Assembly (NCBI GenBank): GCA_024704765.1
Contig: JAKMXF010000309.1
Span: 62,001-126,000, forward strand
Direction: 5' to 3'
DNA length: 64,000 bases
DNA from: Oopsacas minuta
Lineage: Eukaryota; Animalia; Porifera
Below the pieces are notes generated by a model. It was not told the origin of the DNA. It searched no databases and saw nothing but the letters and a program-made list of their open reading frames with translations. A program made the translations under genes and the position numbers. Shown here piece after piece: positions 50,593 through 61,600 of this stretch (its first letter is position 1; each line of letters starts with the position of its first letter).

Positions 50593-52236
50593 CTATCTAA
50601 GGACCAGTATAGTAGTAAAACCTGTAATAGAAACAGCTAGACAAATGAGATACCTTGATAGTATAAATGCCTTTGAGCTAAGGATTAGTTTAATCAAGGT
50701 AAGATTTTGAAATATACGTTGGGGCTCTTTTTCAGTGCTAGTATTCGTTTCCGTATTTGTCTTGACAACCGAAGCAATCTTTCTCCAATCACTGCAAAAG
50801 AGTATGAAGAGATCGATTACCATGACAAAGGCAGTATTGATCGTATACTGAACGAAAATACTTTGTGCTTTCCATTCAACAAAATTTACTAACAAGAATG
50901 TTGCAATTGTTCCAAGAAATATTTGAAAAATGAACTTCAATGCTGTGTGTATTCTTTGTTTACAACAGGCATTCATGACGCCCTGGATAATATAGTTCGA
51001 CATACAATTGAGGAAGAATGATAACCACATGATGTTCCATTTTAATTCTTTTGCAAAGTCAGTATCTGTAGTAAAGAGATGGCTCAATGGTTCGCTTATA
51101 CTTAACAGTACTAGATTAATCAAAGTCAATAGAAGTTGACCAACGACGATACCTAAAATCGTGATTTTCTTTGCTCTTCTTGGATTATCGGCTCCTAACA
51201 AATTACCAACACGAACTGTCATAGCACTTGAAAATCCCATTGCTCCCAGACAGAAAACCCATCCAATCGAGTATAAAATAGAGTAAATGGCTAGTTGTCT
51301 CTTATCGTTAGCAAACACACCAATTGCTAATATAGGTAAAATAGCTAATGGAGCAGAACTAACTAAAGTTTGAATGATGGTAGAAATTGCATATTTACTT
51401 GTATGATACCAGTCAGAAATCAATTCAGTACCCCATTCATGTGAAATTGTCTTGTGTACATGAGAGAGTTGTATGTGTGAGAATACTAAAACTGCAACTA
51501 AGTAATTACTTATGACGTAACCAGCTGCTGCACCTTGTATATTCGTATTGTATTGAAAGATGAGAATATATTGTATTATTCCATTCAGAGTTATTCCTAT
51601 AAGAAGATACAATACTGGAGCCCAAACTATGTTCAATGCTTGAAGGAAACGAATTCCTATTTTATAGTACAAATACGCAGGATAACCGAAACATAGGATA
51701 TCTGTGTAGCTACCACTATACTCAGCTAACTCCCAATCTTGGAATATCAAGTAGACGATAGGACGGACGCTAATCAAGATTGTGAATACAGGGAAGCAGA
51801 CTAGAGTTGCCATTAGTAGAGCTCTGTGGAAATAGAACCCCACTAGTTTGTATTGTTTTGCTCCATATGCCTGAGAGCATAGGATGTTTACATACAAAGC
51901 TATCCCTTCAGCTATTGGATAGGATATTAGAGAAGTAGCTGTTTGACCAATAAACAGAGCGCTTAACAATATTTCAATATTATTCCCTGAGCTTCTCCCA
52001 ATGAGTATATTACTCACTTTCATATGCAATCCTTCTGTAAAGCATTCTACTGACACAGGTATTGCTAATACTAAAAGGAATACTATCTCTTCCAAGATCC
52101 AATTAATTTTTCGAACTTCAAATTTCATGATTCTTACTACATTGCCTATACCAACGTGAACTTTCTTTATATATGAACTATTTGATTCAATTTCTCTTGC
52201 ATAAAATTGTATTCGTAACTTTCTAAATTCTTTCAT
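50593..52236 (-). CDS. MATE/SLC47-like transporter M5 (547 aa including a 36-aa N-terminal extension)
   Basis: Intact ORF; head-to-head inverted duplicate of M5'. Confidence 0.9.
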   Translation of the reverse strand: MKEFRKLRIQFYAREIESNSSYIKKVHVGIGNVVRIMKFEVRKINWILEEIVFLLVLAIPVSVECFTEGLHMKVSNILIGRSSGNNIEILLSALFIGQTATSLISYPIAEGIALYVNILCSQAYGAKQYKLVGFYFHRALLMATLVCFPVFTILISVRPIVYLIFQDWELAEYSGSYTDILCFGYPAYLYYKIGIRFLQALNIVWAPVLYLLIGITLNGIIQYILIFQYNTNIQGAAAGYVISNYLVAVLVFSHIQLSHVHKTISHEWGTELISDWYHTSKYAISTIIQTLVSSAPLAILPILAIGVFANDKRQLAIYSILYSIGWVFCLGAMGFSSAMTVRVGNLLGADNPRRAKKITILGIVVGQLLLTLINLVLLSISEPLSHLFTTDTDFAKELKWNIMWLSFFLNCMSNYIIQGVMNACCKQRIHTALKFIFQIFLGTIATFLLVNFVEWKAQSIFVQYTINTAFVMVIDLFILFCSDWRKIASVVKTNTETNTSTEKEPQRIFQNLTLIKLILSSKAFILSRYLICLAVSITGFTTILVLR

Positions 52237-52319
52237 TTTATCATTGCTGCTATTTGGATTTGAAAACTTATTATTTTATTACATTAAACTCATGAGTTCG
52301 ATACTCAATTATAATTCAT

Positions 52320-52530
52320 TCATTTTATTTCCCCAATGAGTATATTATTCACTTTCATCTGTAGTCATTCTGTAATGCATTCTTTGACACAGGTATTCCT
52401 AATACTAAAAGGAATACTATCTCTTCAAATATTCAATTCGTTAATGAACATCTAATTTCATGATTATTACTATATTATCAATTCTAAAGTGAATTTTCTT
52501 TATATTTGAACTATTTGATTCAATTATCAT
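52320..52530 (-). pseudogene. Decayed duplicate (stub) of a MATE 5' end upstream of M5
   Basis: Reverse strand reads ...aatcatgaaattagatgttc...gaagagatagtattcc.tttagtattag.aatacctgtgtca.agaatgc.ttacaga...atgaaagtga.taatatactcattgg, a degenerate version of the M5 start. Confidence 0.75.
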
Positions 52531-52730
52531 GCACCCACATAAGTATTTTACGTTCTTTATTCCTGTTTCAATTATACTTGCATTTATTTTAAGGTTCTCG
52601 AACAGCGATGATCGTTCCCAATGATGTGCACTATTTTGTATTGAAATACCCCTACAACATCAAAAGGATACTTCAATAATTCTTAAAATGTGACCTTTCT
52701 ATTAAACTAGTACTAATTGAAGTACATTAA

Positions 52731-53083
52731 GGCGAACGATCATCGCCCGTCAGACAAACTCAATTTTTATCTGTAACCCATGAGCTCGAAACTCACTCAC
52801 AATATTTTCATTTCATATTTTCTAACTGATGATTCTACATAGGATTCCCATGGGGACGTTCCATTGGGAATCCTGTGTGAATACTGTGAAAATCGAATGG
52901 GAATCCATTGGGGAAAATGAAATCATAAAACCGATAAATGACTAGACAATAGATGAGAATTCAATATTGAAAAGAATTATATCAGTTAGAAAAAATGAAA
53001 TGAATGTATTGTAAGTAAGTTTCGACCTCATGGGTTACAGATCAAATACGAGTTTGTCAAACGGGCGATGATCGTTTGCCTCG
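52731..53083. mobile_element. Foldback element with ~110-bp TIRs in the spacer of the M5/M5' palindrome
   Basis: cgatcatcgcccgt...gtaacccatgag.tcgaaact...ttctaactgat mirrored by atcagttagaa...agtttcga.ctcatgggttac...acgggcgatgatcg. Confidence 0.75.
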
Positions 53084-53094
53084 TTAAATATGTC

Positions 53095-53460
53095 GAGCCG
53101 ACAGACTGGTAGTACAGCTCAGGGTTGTGTGGTTTTTTCTTCAGGGTGGGCATGCCCCCTTAATCCCCATATAGATGCCGCAATGCCCCAGACCCTGACT
53201 GATTTTAGGCTCCTGGATCTGATAAATATTTCAGGATATTCAATATTATTCGTCCCCTTATGTACTTCTTGTTCTATCCTGAAATCCAATGGATTGAATT
53301 ATAAATAATGACCCTGCAATTACCCCTGTCTAACTTTTGAAACGAAAATTCTAGCATCGTTTTGAATTATATGCAAAAAGTGCGAAAAAGTGAAAATTGG
53401 AATATACAAACTCGGTAACCTTTGCATTGAAGCTAAACGAAATCTCTAGTATGACTGAAT
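53095..53460 (+). repeat. Copy of the cagactggtagtgcag repeat family
   Basis: Matches 55845-56200. Confidence 0.8.
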
Positions 53461-53592
53461 AATGTGCAAAAAGTTATGATAAGTGAGTGAGTAATATACT
53501 CATTGGAGGAATGAATTGTATTGAGTATCGAACTCATGGGTTTAAGATAATAAAATAATAAGTTTTCAAATCCAAATATCTGCACTGATAAA

Positions 53593-55236
53593 ATGAAAGA
53601 ATTTAGAAAGTTACGAATACAATTTTATGCAAGAGAATTTGCATCAAATAGTTCATATATAAAGAAAATTCACATTGGTATAGGTAATATAGTAATAATC
53701 ATGAAATTAAACCTTCTAAAAATTAATTGGATCTTGGAAGAGATAGCATTCCTTTTAGTATTAGCAATACCTGTGTCAGTAGAATGCTTTACAGAAGGAT
53801 TGCATATGAAAGTGAGTAATATACTCATTGGACGATCATCAGGGAATAATATAGCATTATTGATAAGTGCTCTATTTATCGGCCAAACAGTTACTTCCAT
53901 TATCTCGTATCCAATAGCTGAAGGGAGCGCTATATACGTCAACATACTATGCTCTCAGGCGTATGGAGCAAAACAATACAAACAAGTAGGACTCTACTTC
54001 TACAGAGCTCTATTCATGTCAGCTCTCACCTACATACCAGTATTCACAATATTGATTAGTATCCGTCCTATCGTCTACTTGTTATTTCAAGATGGGGAGT
54101 TAGCTGAGTATAGTGGTAGCTACACAGATATCCTATGTTTCGGTTATCCTGCATATTTGTATTATAAAATAGGAATTCGTTTCCTTCAAGCATTGAACAT
54201 AGTTTGGACTCCAGTATTGTATCTTCTCATAGGAATAACTCTGAATGGAATAATACAATATATTCTCATCTTTCAATACAATACGAATATACAAGGTGCA
54301 GCAGCTGGTTACGTCATAAGTAATTACTTAGTTGCAGTTTTAGTATTCTCACACATACAACTCTCTCATGTACACAAGACAATTTCACATGAATGGAGTA
54401 TTGAATTGATTTCTGACTGGTATCATACAAGTAAATATGCAATTTCTACCATCGTTCAAACTTTAGGTAGTTCTGCTCCATTAGCTATTTTACCTATATT
54501 AGCAATTGGTGTGTTTGCTAACGATAAGAGACAACTAGCCATTTACTCTATTTTATACTCGATTGTATGGGTTTTTAGTATGGGAGCAATGGGATTTTCA
54601 AGTGCTATGACAGTTCGTGTTGGTAATTTGTTAGGAGCCGATAATCCAAGAAGAGCAAAGAAAATCACGATTTTAGGTATCGTCGTTGGTCAACTTCTAT
54701 TGACTTTGATTAATCTAGTACTGTTAAGTATAAGCGAACCATTGAGCCATCTCTTTACTACAGATACTGACTTTGCAAAAGAATTAAAATGGAACATCAT
54801 GTGGTTATCATTCTTCCTCAATTGTATGTCGAACTTTATTATCCAGGGCGTCATGAATGCCTGTTGTAAACAAAGAATACACACAACATTGAAGTTTATT
54901 TTTCAAATATTTCTTGGAACAATTGCAACATTCTTGTTAGTAAATTTTGTTGAATGGAAAGCACAAAGTATTTTCGTTCAGTATACGATCAATACTGCCT
55001 TTGTCATGGTAATCGATCTCTTCATACTCTTTTGCAGTGATTGGAGAAAGATTGCTTCGGTTGTCAAGACAAATACGGAAACGAATACTAGCACTGAAAA
55101 AGAGCCCCAACGTATATTTCAAAATCTTACCTTGATTAAACTAATCCTTAGCTCAAAGGCATTTATACTATCAAGGTATCTCATTTGTCTAGCTGTTTCT
55201 ATTACAGGTTTTACTACTATACTGGTCCTTAGATAG
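53593..55236 (+). CDS. MATE/SLC47-like transporter M5' (547 aa)
   Basis: Intact ORF; C-terminus identical to M5. Confidence 0.9.
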   Translation: MKEFRKLRIQFYAREFASNSSYIKKIHIGIGNIVIIMKLNLLKINWILEEIAFLLVLAIPVSVECFTEGLHMKVSNILIGRSSGNNIALLISALFIGQTVTSIISYPIAEGSAIYVNILCSQAYGAKQYKQVGLYFYRALFMSALTYIPVFTILISIRPIVYLLFQDGELAEYSGSYTDILCFGYPAYLYYKIGIRFLQALNIVWTPVLYLLIGITLNGIIQYILIFQYNTNIQGAAAGYVISNYLVAVLVFSHIQLSHVHKTISHEWSIELISDWYHTSKYAISTIVQTLGSSAPLAILPILAIGVFANDKRQLAIYSILYSIVWVFSMGAMGFSSAMTVRVGNLLGADNPRRAKKITILGIVVGQLLLTLINLVLLSISEPLSHLFTTDTDFAKELKWNIMWLSFFLNCMSNFIIQGVMNACCKQRIHTTLKFIFQIFLGTIATFLLVNFVEWKAQSIFVQYTINTAFVMVIDLFILFCSDWRKIASVVKTNTETNTSTEKEPQRIFQNLTLIKLILSSKAFILSRYLICLAVSITGFTTILVLR

Positions 55237-55844
55237 TTCTATGGTACTCTGCTCTATGTATTATCTAATAGTACTCTGATTTGTAAATTGATGAGGATTA
55301 AATACATAAATGGTAACTCGTCCCCCATGGTACCTGTGTTGACAGAAGAGCGCCATGTTTGCGCTTGCGTTCTGTTTCCGATAATTCTAGCACTCTCGCT
55401 CACTTACTTTCCAATAATCTCACCACTCCCATATTTTCACCTACAGTAGAGTCTCTGAATAACGGACACGTTGGAGACATCGTTCCTGTCCCTCTCAGGG
55501 ACTTGTCCGTTTCTTGGAGACTGCTAAAGTAATACATTTATGTTACTAATTCATTCCGTTTCAGGAGGTTTGTCCGTTGTAGAGGGATTGTTCGCTTCTT
55601 GGAGTGTCCGTTATGGGAGACTCCACTCTATATTCTATGATATTACGTGTAGCTATAGGAATAAATCGGCACTAGCGAGTTGAGTGCAAGGTAAATTCAT
55701 TTTCCAAAGATTTGAATGCCATTTTTTGTTAAGATTGATAAGCTCAACCAATTTTACAGTATTGAGTATAAAGAGCGTTAGATAAATTTTGGAGCTCTCC
55801 CTTTGAAAAAATATTGAGTCTCTCTCTTCGCTATACTAAAAAGT

Positions 55845-56420
55845 GTCCAGCCGACAGACTGGTAGTGCAGGTCAGGGTAAGGTGTTTTGTTCTTTTCATG
55901 GGGGGAATGCCCACCTTAATCCCCATGTAGATGCCGCAATGCCCCAGACCCTGACTGCTTTTGGGCCCTGGATCTGGAAAATGTTTCAGGATATTCAATA
56001 TTATTCGTCCCCTACATAATTTTCAAGTCCATCCTGAAATCCTATGGATTAAATTCTGAATAATGACCCTGCAATTACCCCTGTCTAACATTTGAAAATG
56101 ATTTATCTACCATCAATTTGAAATATGTGCAAAAGGTGTGAAAATATGATTAATCATATGATAAATCATGTAGATATAGATTTGAAATGTAAAATTTGAA
56201 ATATACAAACTCTGTAACCTCTGAATTGCAGCTAAACGAAATCTCTAGTATGGCTGAATAATTTGCAAAAAGTTGTGAAAATATGATTATTCATATGATA
56301 AATCTGTGAATTTGTAACTTTCAGACTCTCAAAATCTCAAAATCGTACTTTACGTACCCAATTACCCCTAACAACATGTTGAAATCTAATCTCTAGCTTG
56401 CTTTTTTATTTGGACATCAC
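55845..56420 (+). repeat. Copy of the cagactggtagtgcag repeat family, right arm of the MATE palindrome
   Basis: Mirror of 49400-49985; has ~100 extra bp near 56160-56270. Confidence 0.8.
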
Positions 56421-56582
56421 TGCTATGTACAAAATGATTCTCATTCCTACGACAACCCTGAAATATATTTCTACGTGGAAATTCTGTTAGAATCTTGTGA
56501 TATTTAGAAATTTTAAAACATCATATCGAAAATATTGTCTAAAACTCAAAATGCAAAGATAATATATTCGAGCAAGTTTTAA

Positions 56583-58107
56583 TTATTCTATTTGTAGTTT
56601 GCAACAAAAGATTACAAATATAGAAACACTAGCTGCCAAAAAGCATATATATCTGCACATTACGAAAGCTATTGAATGCGAGATGTTAGTGTTATTATGA
56701 GGATATTCATCAGCTGGTTCTTTTTGTGTGTCCGTATTATGTTTGACTAAAATTGTAATACTTCCCCAATCACTAGTACGGAATAAGATTAGCAATGGAA
56801 TCACTATGCAAATGACATTGGAGACTGAATATTGAACGAAGATACTTAGAACTTTCCATTCAACGAAATGTACCAACAAGACTGAAGCCATCGTGCCTAA
56901 AATTACTTGAGCCATAAATTTAACTGCTGTTTGTATTCCTTGCTTACAACACGCATCCATTACCCCTTCTATCACAAGTTTTATGTCAGTATTTAATAGA
57001 AAAGAGAATATTCTTATATTCTGAGTTAATTCTATTGCAAAACTGACATCTGTCGTGAAGAAATAACTCAATGGTTCACTAGCTACAAATACTATGATAT
57101 TACACATTACTGTTATAAGCTGTGCTATGATTAAGTGCAATATTGCTGCTTTTCTAGCTCGTTTTAGTTGATTGGCTCCTGACAAATGGCCTATACGAAT
57201 TGTGGTGGCGCTGGACAGCCCCATTATACCCATGCCGATTATCCACCAAATAGAGTATATAATTGAGTATATTGCTAGCTCTTTCTCACTGCCTGCCATC
57301 AATCCAAGGCACACTGCCGGTAGTAGTGTCACTGGTACTGTTCCAATAAAGATTTGAATAATTGGAACAACGGCGTATCTTGCTGTATGATACCAGTCAG
57401 AAATCAATTCAATACTCCATTCATGTGAAATTGTCTTGTGTACATGAGACAGTTGTATGTGTGAGAATACTAACAGTGCAACCAAGTAGTTGCCTATGAC
57501 GTAACCAGCTGCTGCACCTTGTATATTCGTATTGTATTGAAAGATGAGAATATATTGTATTATTCCATTCACAGTTATTCCTATGAGAAGATACAATACA
57601 GGACCCCAAACTATGTTCAATGCCTGAAGGAAACGAATACCTATTTTATTGCACAAATACGCAGGATAACCGAAACATAGAATATCTGTGTAGCTACCAC
57701 TATACTCAGCTAACTCCCAATCTTGGAATAACAAGTAGACGATAGGACGGATGCTAATCAAGATTGTGAATACTGGTATACAGGTGAGAGCTGACATGAA
57801 TAGAGCTCTGTAGAAGTAGAGTCCTACTTGTTTGTATTGTTTTGCTCCATGCGCCTGAGAGCATAGTATGTTGACGTAGATACCGAAACCTTCGCAAATT
57901 GGGAAGGCTATAATGCATGTGACTGTTTGACCAATGAATAGTGCACTTAACATTAATGAAATATTATCTCTTGATGTCCTTCCAATGAATATATTACTCA
58001 GTTTCATTTGTAGTCCTAGTGTAAAACATTCTATTGCATTTTGGGAGTGCTAAAACTACAAGGAGTATCATCTCTTCAAAAATCCATCGAACCTTATGAA
58101 TTTTCAT
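56583..58107 (-). pseudogene. MATE copy M6, full length but with a +1 frameshift in a 4-nt homopolymer at 58039-58042
   Basis: ATG at 58107 gives MKIHKVRWIFEEMILLVVLALP; removing one A restores NAIECFTLGLQMKLSN, joining the 474-aa ORF. Could be an assembly error. Confidence 0.7.
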
Positions 58108-58991
58108 ATCTACCAATACTAGTCTTTCTTGAAATTGCTCTTTATATACGTACTATGTATTTACTCTCTATTCTTATTCATATTCTCAGTTCCAGTGGGT
58201 TATCTAGTTGTATTACAAGATTTTTGTAAGATAGTCGTATTTAAGAGCCATAAATCTAACTTTTAGCGGTTGTCTCTAATATTGTGTAACTTTGATGAAT
58301 TTTCCCTATATAACAGAATGCATGCCTTGCTGGATTGCGCTGCGCGGCTATCGAACGTTTTGTGTTCTCCTAATGCTGTTGGGGTACTTCTAATATGTCT
58401 ATGGAGCATATAAATAATATATTGTTTATACTATTAAAACGCTATTACCCGTATTTCCCTGAATACGCGTCTGGGGATAGGAAAACGCTCCAAGACCTAT
58501 GAATTAGAATTTATTACCACTCTCTAGAAGACTTTTGTTGAAATTTACGCCACATTTGATCATGCAACAAGTTATAATAATTATTATGTGAGTATTTTCA
58601 CACCTCAGGCCCGCCAGGCCAAATATTTCATGACAATCCCATGTAATCCATTACGTATATATGTTACCGTCCAAATTGAGTATCCGATAAACTGAGTTAA
58701 CGCTTTGTAGGTTGTCAACACTCATTATTTCGCCGATTAGTTGATTCCAAGCAAGAATTAAGTTTACGGAGAAATTTTTTGATTTAGAGCCTCGGGTGTT
58801 ATGGAAATGAGTGTCACTTGCAAGTCTTAAACATTTCTGCATATCTTTTGTAACTAAGAGTTGTAAGAATTAAATATTAGCGTATATTGTCTGAAGGATA
58901 CTATCTTTCTGTCAGGGTGTGCCAGCCCATATTTACTTGTATGATAAACGGAGCACTTATCAATAATGCTTGATTATTCCCTTATGAACGA

Positions 58992-59425
58992 TTTGATTCA
59001 ATTATCAGGCACCCACAAAAGAGTGTTTTGCATTCTCTATTCCTGTAATCAATTACACTTGGATTGTATTTAAGGTTCACTAACAGCGATGAATGTTCTG
59101 AATAATGAGCACTATGTCAACTTTTATGGGTCACTTCAATAATCCTTAAAAGGTGACCTTTCTATTAAGCTAATACAAATTGGAGTTCATCGAGGCGATG
59201 ATCGTTCACCTCGATGAACACCAATTTGTATTAGCCTAATAGAAGGTCACATTTTAAGGATTATTGAAGTATCCTTTTCATGTTGTAGGGGTATTTCAAA
59301 ACAAAATAGTGCACATCATTGGGAACGATCATCGCTGTTCGAGAACCTTAAAATAAATGCAAGTATAATTGAAACAGGAATAAAGAACGTAAATACTTAT
59401 GTGGGTGCATGATAATTGAATCAAT
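58992..59425. repeat. Imperfect ~430-bp palindrome between M6 and M7, centred on a collapsed foldback end
   Basis: Centre gttcatcgagg-cgatgatcgttca-cctcgatgaac; arms cttcaataatccttaaaa.gtgacctt.tctatta and taatagaaggtcacattttaaggattattgaag. Confidence 0.8.
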
Positions 59426-59620
59426 TAGTTCAAATATAAAGAAACTACACTTTAGAATTGATAATATAGTAATAATCATGAAATTAGATGTTCATTAACG
59501 AATTGAATATTTGAAGAGATAGTATTCCTTTTCGTATTAGTAATACCTGTGTCAAAGAATGCATTACAGAATGATTACAGATGAAAGTGAGTAATATACT
59601 CATTGGAGAAATAAAATGAA
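59420..59620 (+). pseudogene. Decayed MATE 5' stub upstream of M7
   Basis: Near-identical to the reverse complement of 52320-52530. Confidence 0.75.
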
Positions 59621-59819
59621 TGAATAGTAATTGAGCATCGACTCATGGTTTTAAGATAATAAAATAATAAGTTTTCAAATCCAAATATCTGCACCGATAA
59701 AATGTAAGAATTTATAAAGTTTAGAATAGAATTTTGCACGCAAGAGAAATTGAATCAAATAGTGAATATATATAGAAAAATCACTTAGAATTTGGAAAAT
59801 TATTGAATAGTCAATAGTC

Positions 59820-61358
59820 ATGAGAGTGAAAGTTCTAAAAACTAATTGGATCTTGGAAGAGATAGTATTCCTTTTCGCCTTGGCACTACCAACTTCTATA
59901 GAATGCTTTACAGAAGGATTACAGATGAAATTGAGTAATATATTCATTGGAAGAAGCTCTGGGAATAATATTGAAATATTAATAAGTGCCATGTTTATCG
60001 GTCAAACAGCAATTACTATCATCAACTATCCGATAGCTGAGGGGATTGCTATATACGTAAGCATACTATGCTCTCAGGCGCATGGAGCAAAACAATATAA
60101 ACAAGTAGGATTCTACTTCTACAGAGCTCTATTCATGTCAGCTCTCACCTGTATACCAGTATTCACAGTCTTGATTAGTATCCGTCATATCGTCTACTTG
60201 TTATTTCAAGATTGGGAGTTAGCTGAGTATAGTGGTAGCTACACAGATATTCTATGTTTCGGTTATCCTGCGTATTTGTACTATAAAATTGGAATTCGTT
60301 TCCTTCAGGCATTGAACATAGTTTGGGGTCCTGTATTGTATCTTCTCATAGGAATAACTGTGAATGGAATAATACAGTATATTCTCATCTTTCAATACAA
60401 TACGAATATACAAGGTGCAGCAGCTGGTTACGTCATAGGCAACTACTTGGTTGCACTGTTAGTATTCTCACACATACAACTCTCTCATGTACACAAGACA
60501 ATTTCACATGAATGGAGTATTGAATTGATTTCTGACTGGTATCATACAGCAAGATACGCCGTTGTTGCAATTATTCAAACCATTATTGGGGCAGCACCAG
60601 CGACAATACTACCTGTAATATGTATTGGAATGGTCGCAGACAATAAAGAACAGCTAGCAATATACTCAATTACATTCTCGATTTGGTGGTTAATCAGCAT
60701 GGCTGCCATCGGGTTTGGCAGTGGTATAACAGTTCGTGTAGCACATTTGTTGGGAAAAAATCAATCCAAACGAGCTAGAAAAGCAGCAATATTGGACTTA
60801 ATCATAGCACAGCTTACAATAGTAATGTGTACTATCATAGTATTTGCAGTTAGTGAACCATTGAGTCATCTCTTCACGACAGATGCAAATTTTGCCAAAG
60901 AGTTAACGTGGAATCTCAGAATTTTCTCTTTCCTACTCAATACTGATATAAAGCTTGTGATACAAGGAGTAATGAATGCGTGTTGTAAGCAAGGAATTCA
61001 AACAGCAGTTAAATTTATTTTTCAGACAATTTTAGGCTCAGTGGCTTCAGTTTTGTTGATACATTTTGTTGAATGGAAGGCTCTTAGTATCTATGTCCAA
61101 TTCGCAGTTACAAATACAATTTGCTCAGTAATTCCCTTGCTCATACTTTCTTGTAGTAACTGGGAGAAGATTACTGATGTTGTCACACAAAATACCAACA
61201 AGAAAACTAGTAACCTACAAGCTGAAGAATTTCATAAACTCAAAACTTCTATCCTAAATTCAAAAAGCTTCATAGTTTGTAGGTATTTAGCTTCTTTGGC
61301 GATAAGTGTTTGTGTTTTTGCAATAATACTATATGTATCTGTCATTAAAGCTTATTGA
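59820..61358 (+). CDS. MATE/SLC47-like transporter M7 (512 aa)
   Basis: Intact ORF with a type-A C-lobe (TARYAVV...). Confidence 0.9.
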   Translation: MRVKVLKTNWILEEIVFLFALALPTSIECFTEGLQMKLSNIFIGRSSGNNIEILISAMFIGQTAITIINYPIAEGIAIYVSILCSQAHGAKQYKQVGFYFYRALFMSALTCIPVFTVLISIRHIVYLLFQDWELAEYSGSYTDILCFGYPAYLYYKIGIRFLQALNIVWGPVLYLLIGITVNGIIQYILIFQYNTNIQGAAAGYVIGNYLVALLVFSHIQLSHVHKTISHEWSIELISDWYHTARYAVVAIIQTIIGAAPATILPVICIGMVADNKEQLAIYSITFSIWWLISMAAIGFGSGITVRVAHLLGKNQSKRARKAAILDLIIAQLTIVMCTIIVFAVSEPLSHLFTTDANFAKELTWNLRIFSFLLNTDIKLVIQGVMNACCKQGIQTAVKFIFQTILGSVASVLLIHFVEWKALSIYVQFAVTNTICSVIPLLILSCSNWEKITDVVTQNTNKKTSNLQAEEFHKLKTSILNSKSFIVCRYLASLAISVCVFAIILYVSVIKAY

Positions 61359-61482
61359 AATAGTATAATTATTCCTTGGATACCTGTTATAAGAAGCACT
61401 TGGGATTGGGAGTATGTGTTTCTATAACCGGAGTTGCAGTACAAGGGTCTCTCAAATTTAGTCCCACCAGCTAATGGTTCTG

Positions 61483-61544
61483 AGCTAAGGCACCAGGGCC
61501 ACTGTGTCAGATGTTGTTAACACAATGGCCCTGGTGCCTTAGCT
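61483..61544. other. GC-rich stem-loop (19-bp perfect stem, one mismatch, 5 more bp)
   Basis: agctaaggcaccagggcca (61483-61501) and tggccctggtgccttagct (61526-61544) are exact reverse complements. Confidence 0.9.
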
Positions 61545-61600
61545 GACTGGTATCATACAGCAAGATACTACGGCGTATCTTGCTGTATGATACCAGTCAG
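61543..61600. other. Perfect 26-bp hairpin with 6-nt loop made of MATE coding sequence
   Basis: ctgactggtatcatacagcaagatac-tacggc-gtatcttgctgtatgataccagtcag. Confidence 0.95.

Noticed and set aside
43161-60511. Numerous short ORFs antisense to or overlapping MATE and 7-TM genes (e.g. 43161, 43554, 47258, 47618, 50707, 54937, 57421, 60323)
   Set aside because: Shadow frames of real genes; they recur only because the host genes are duplicated.
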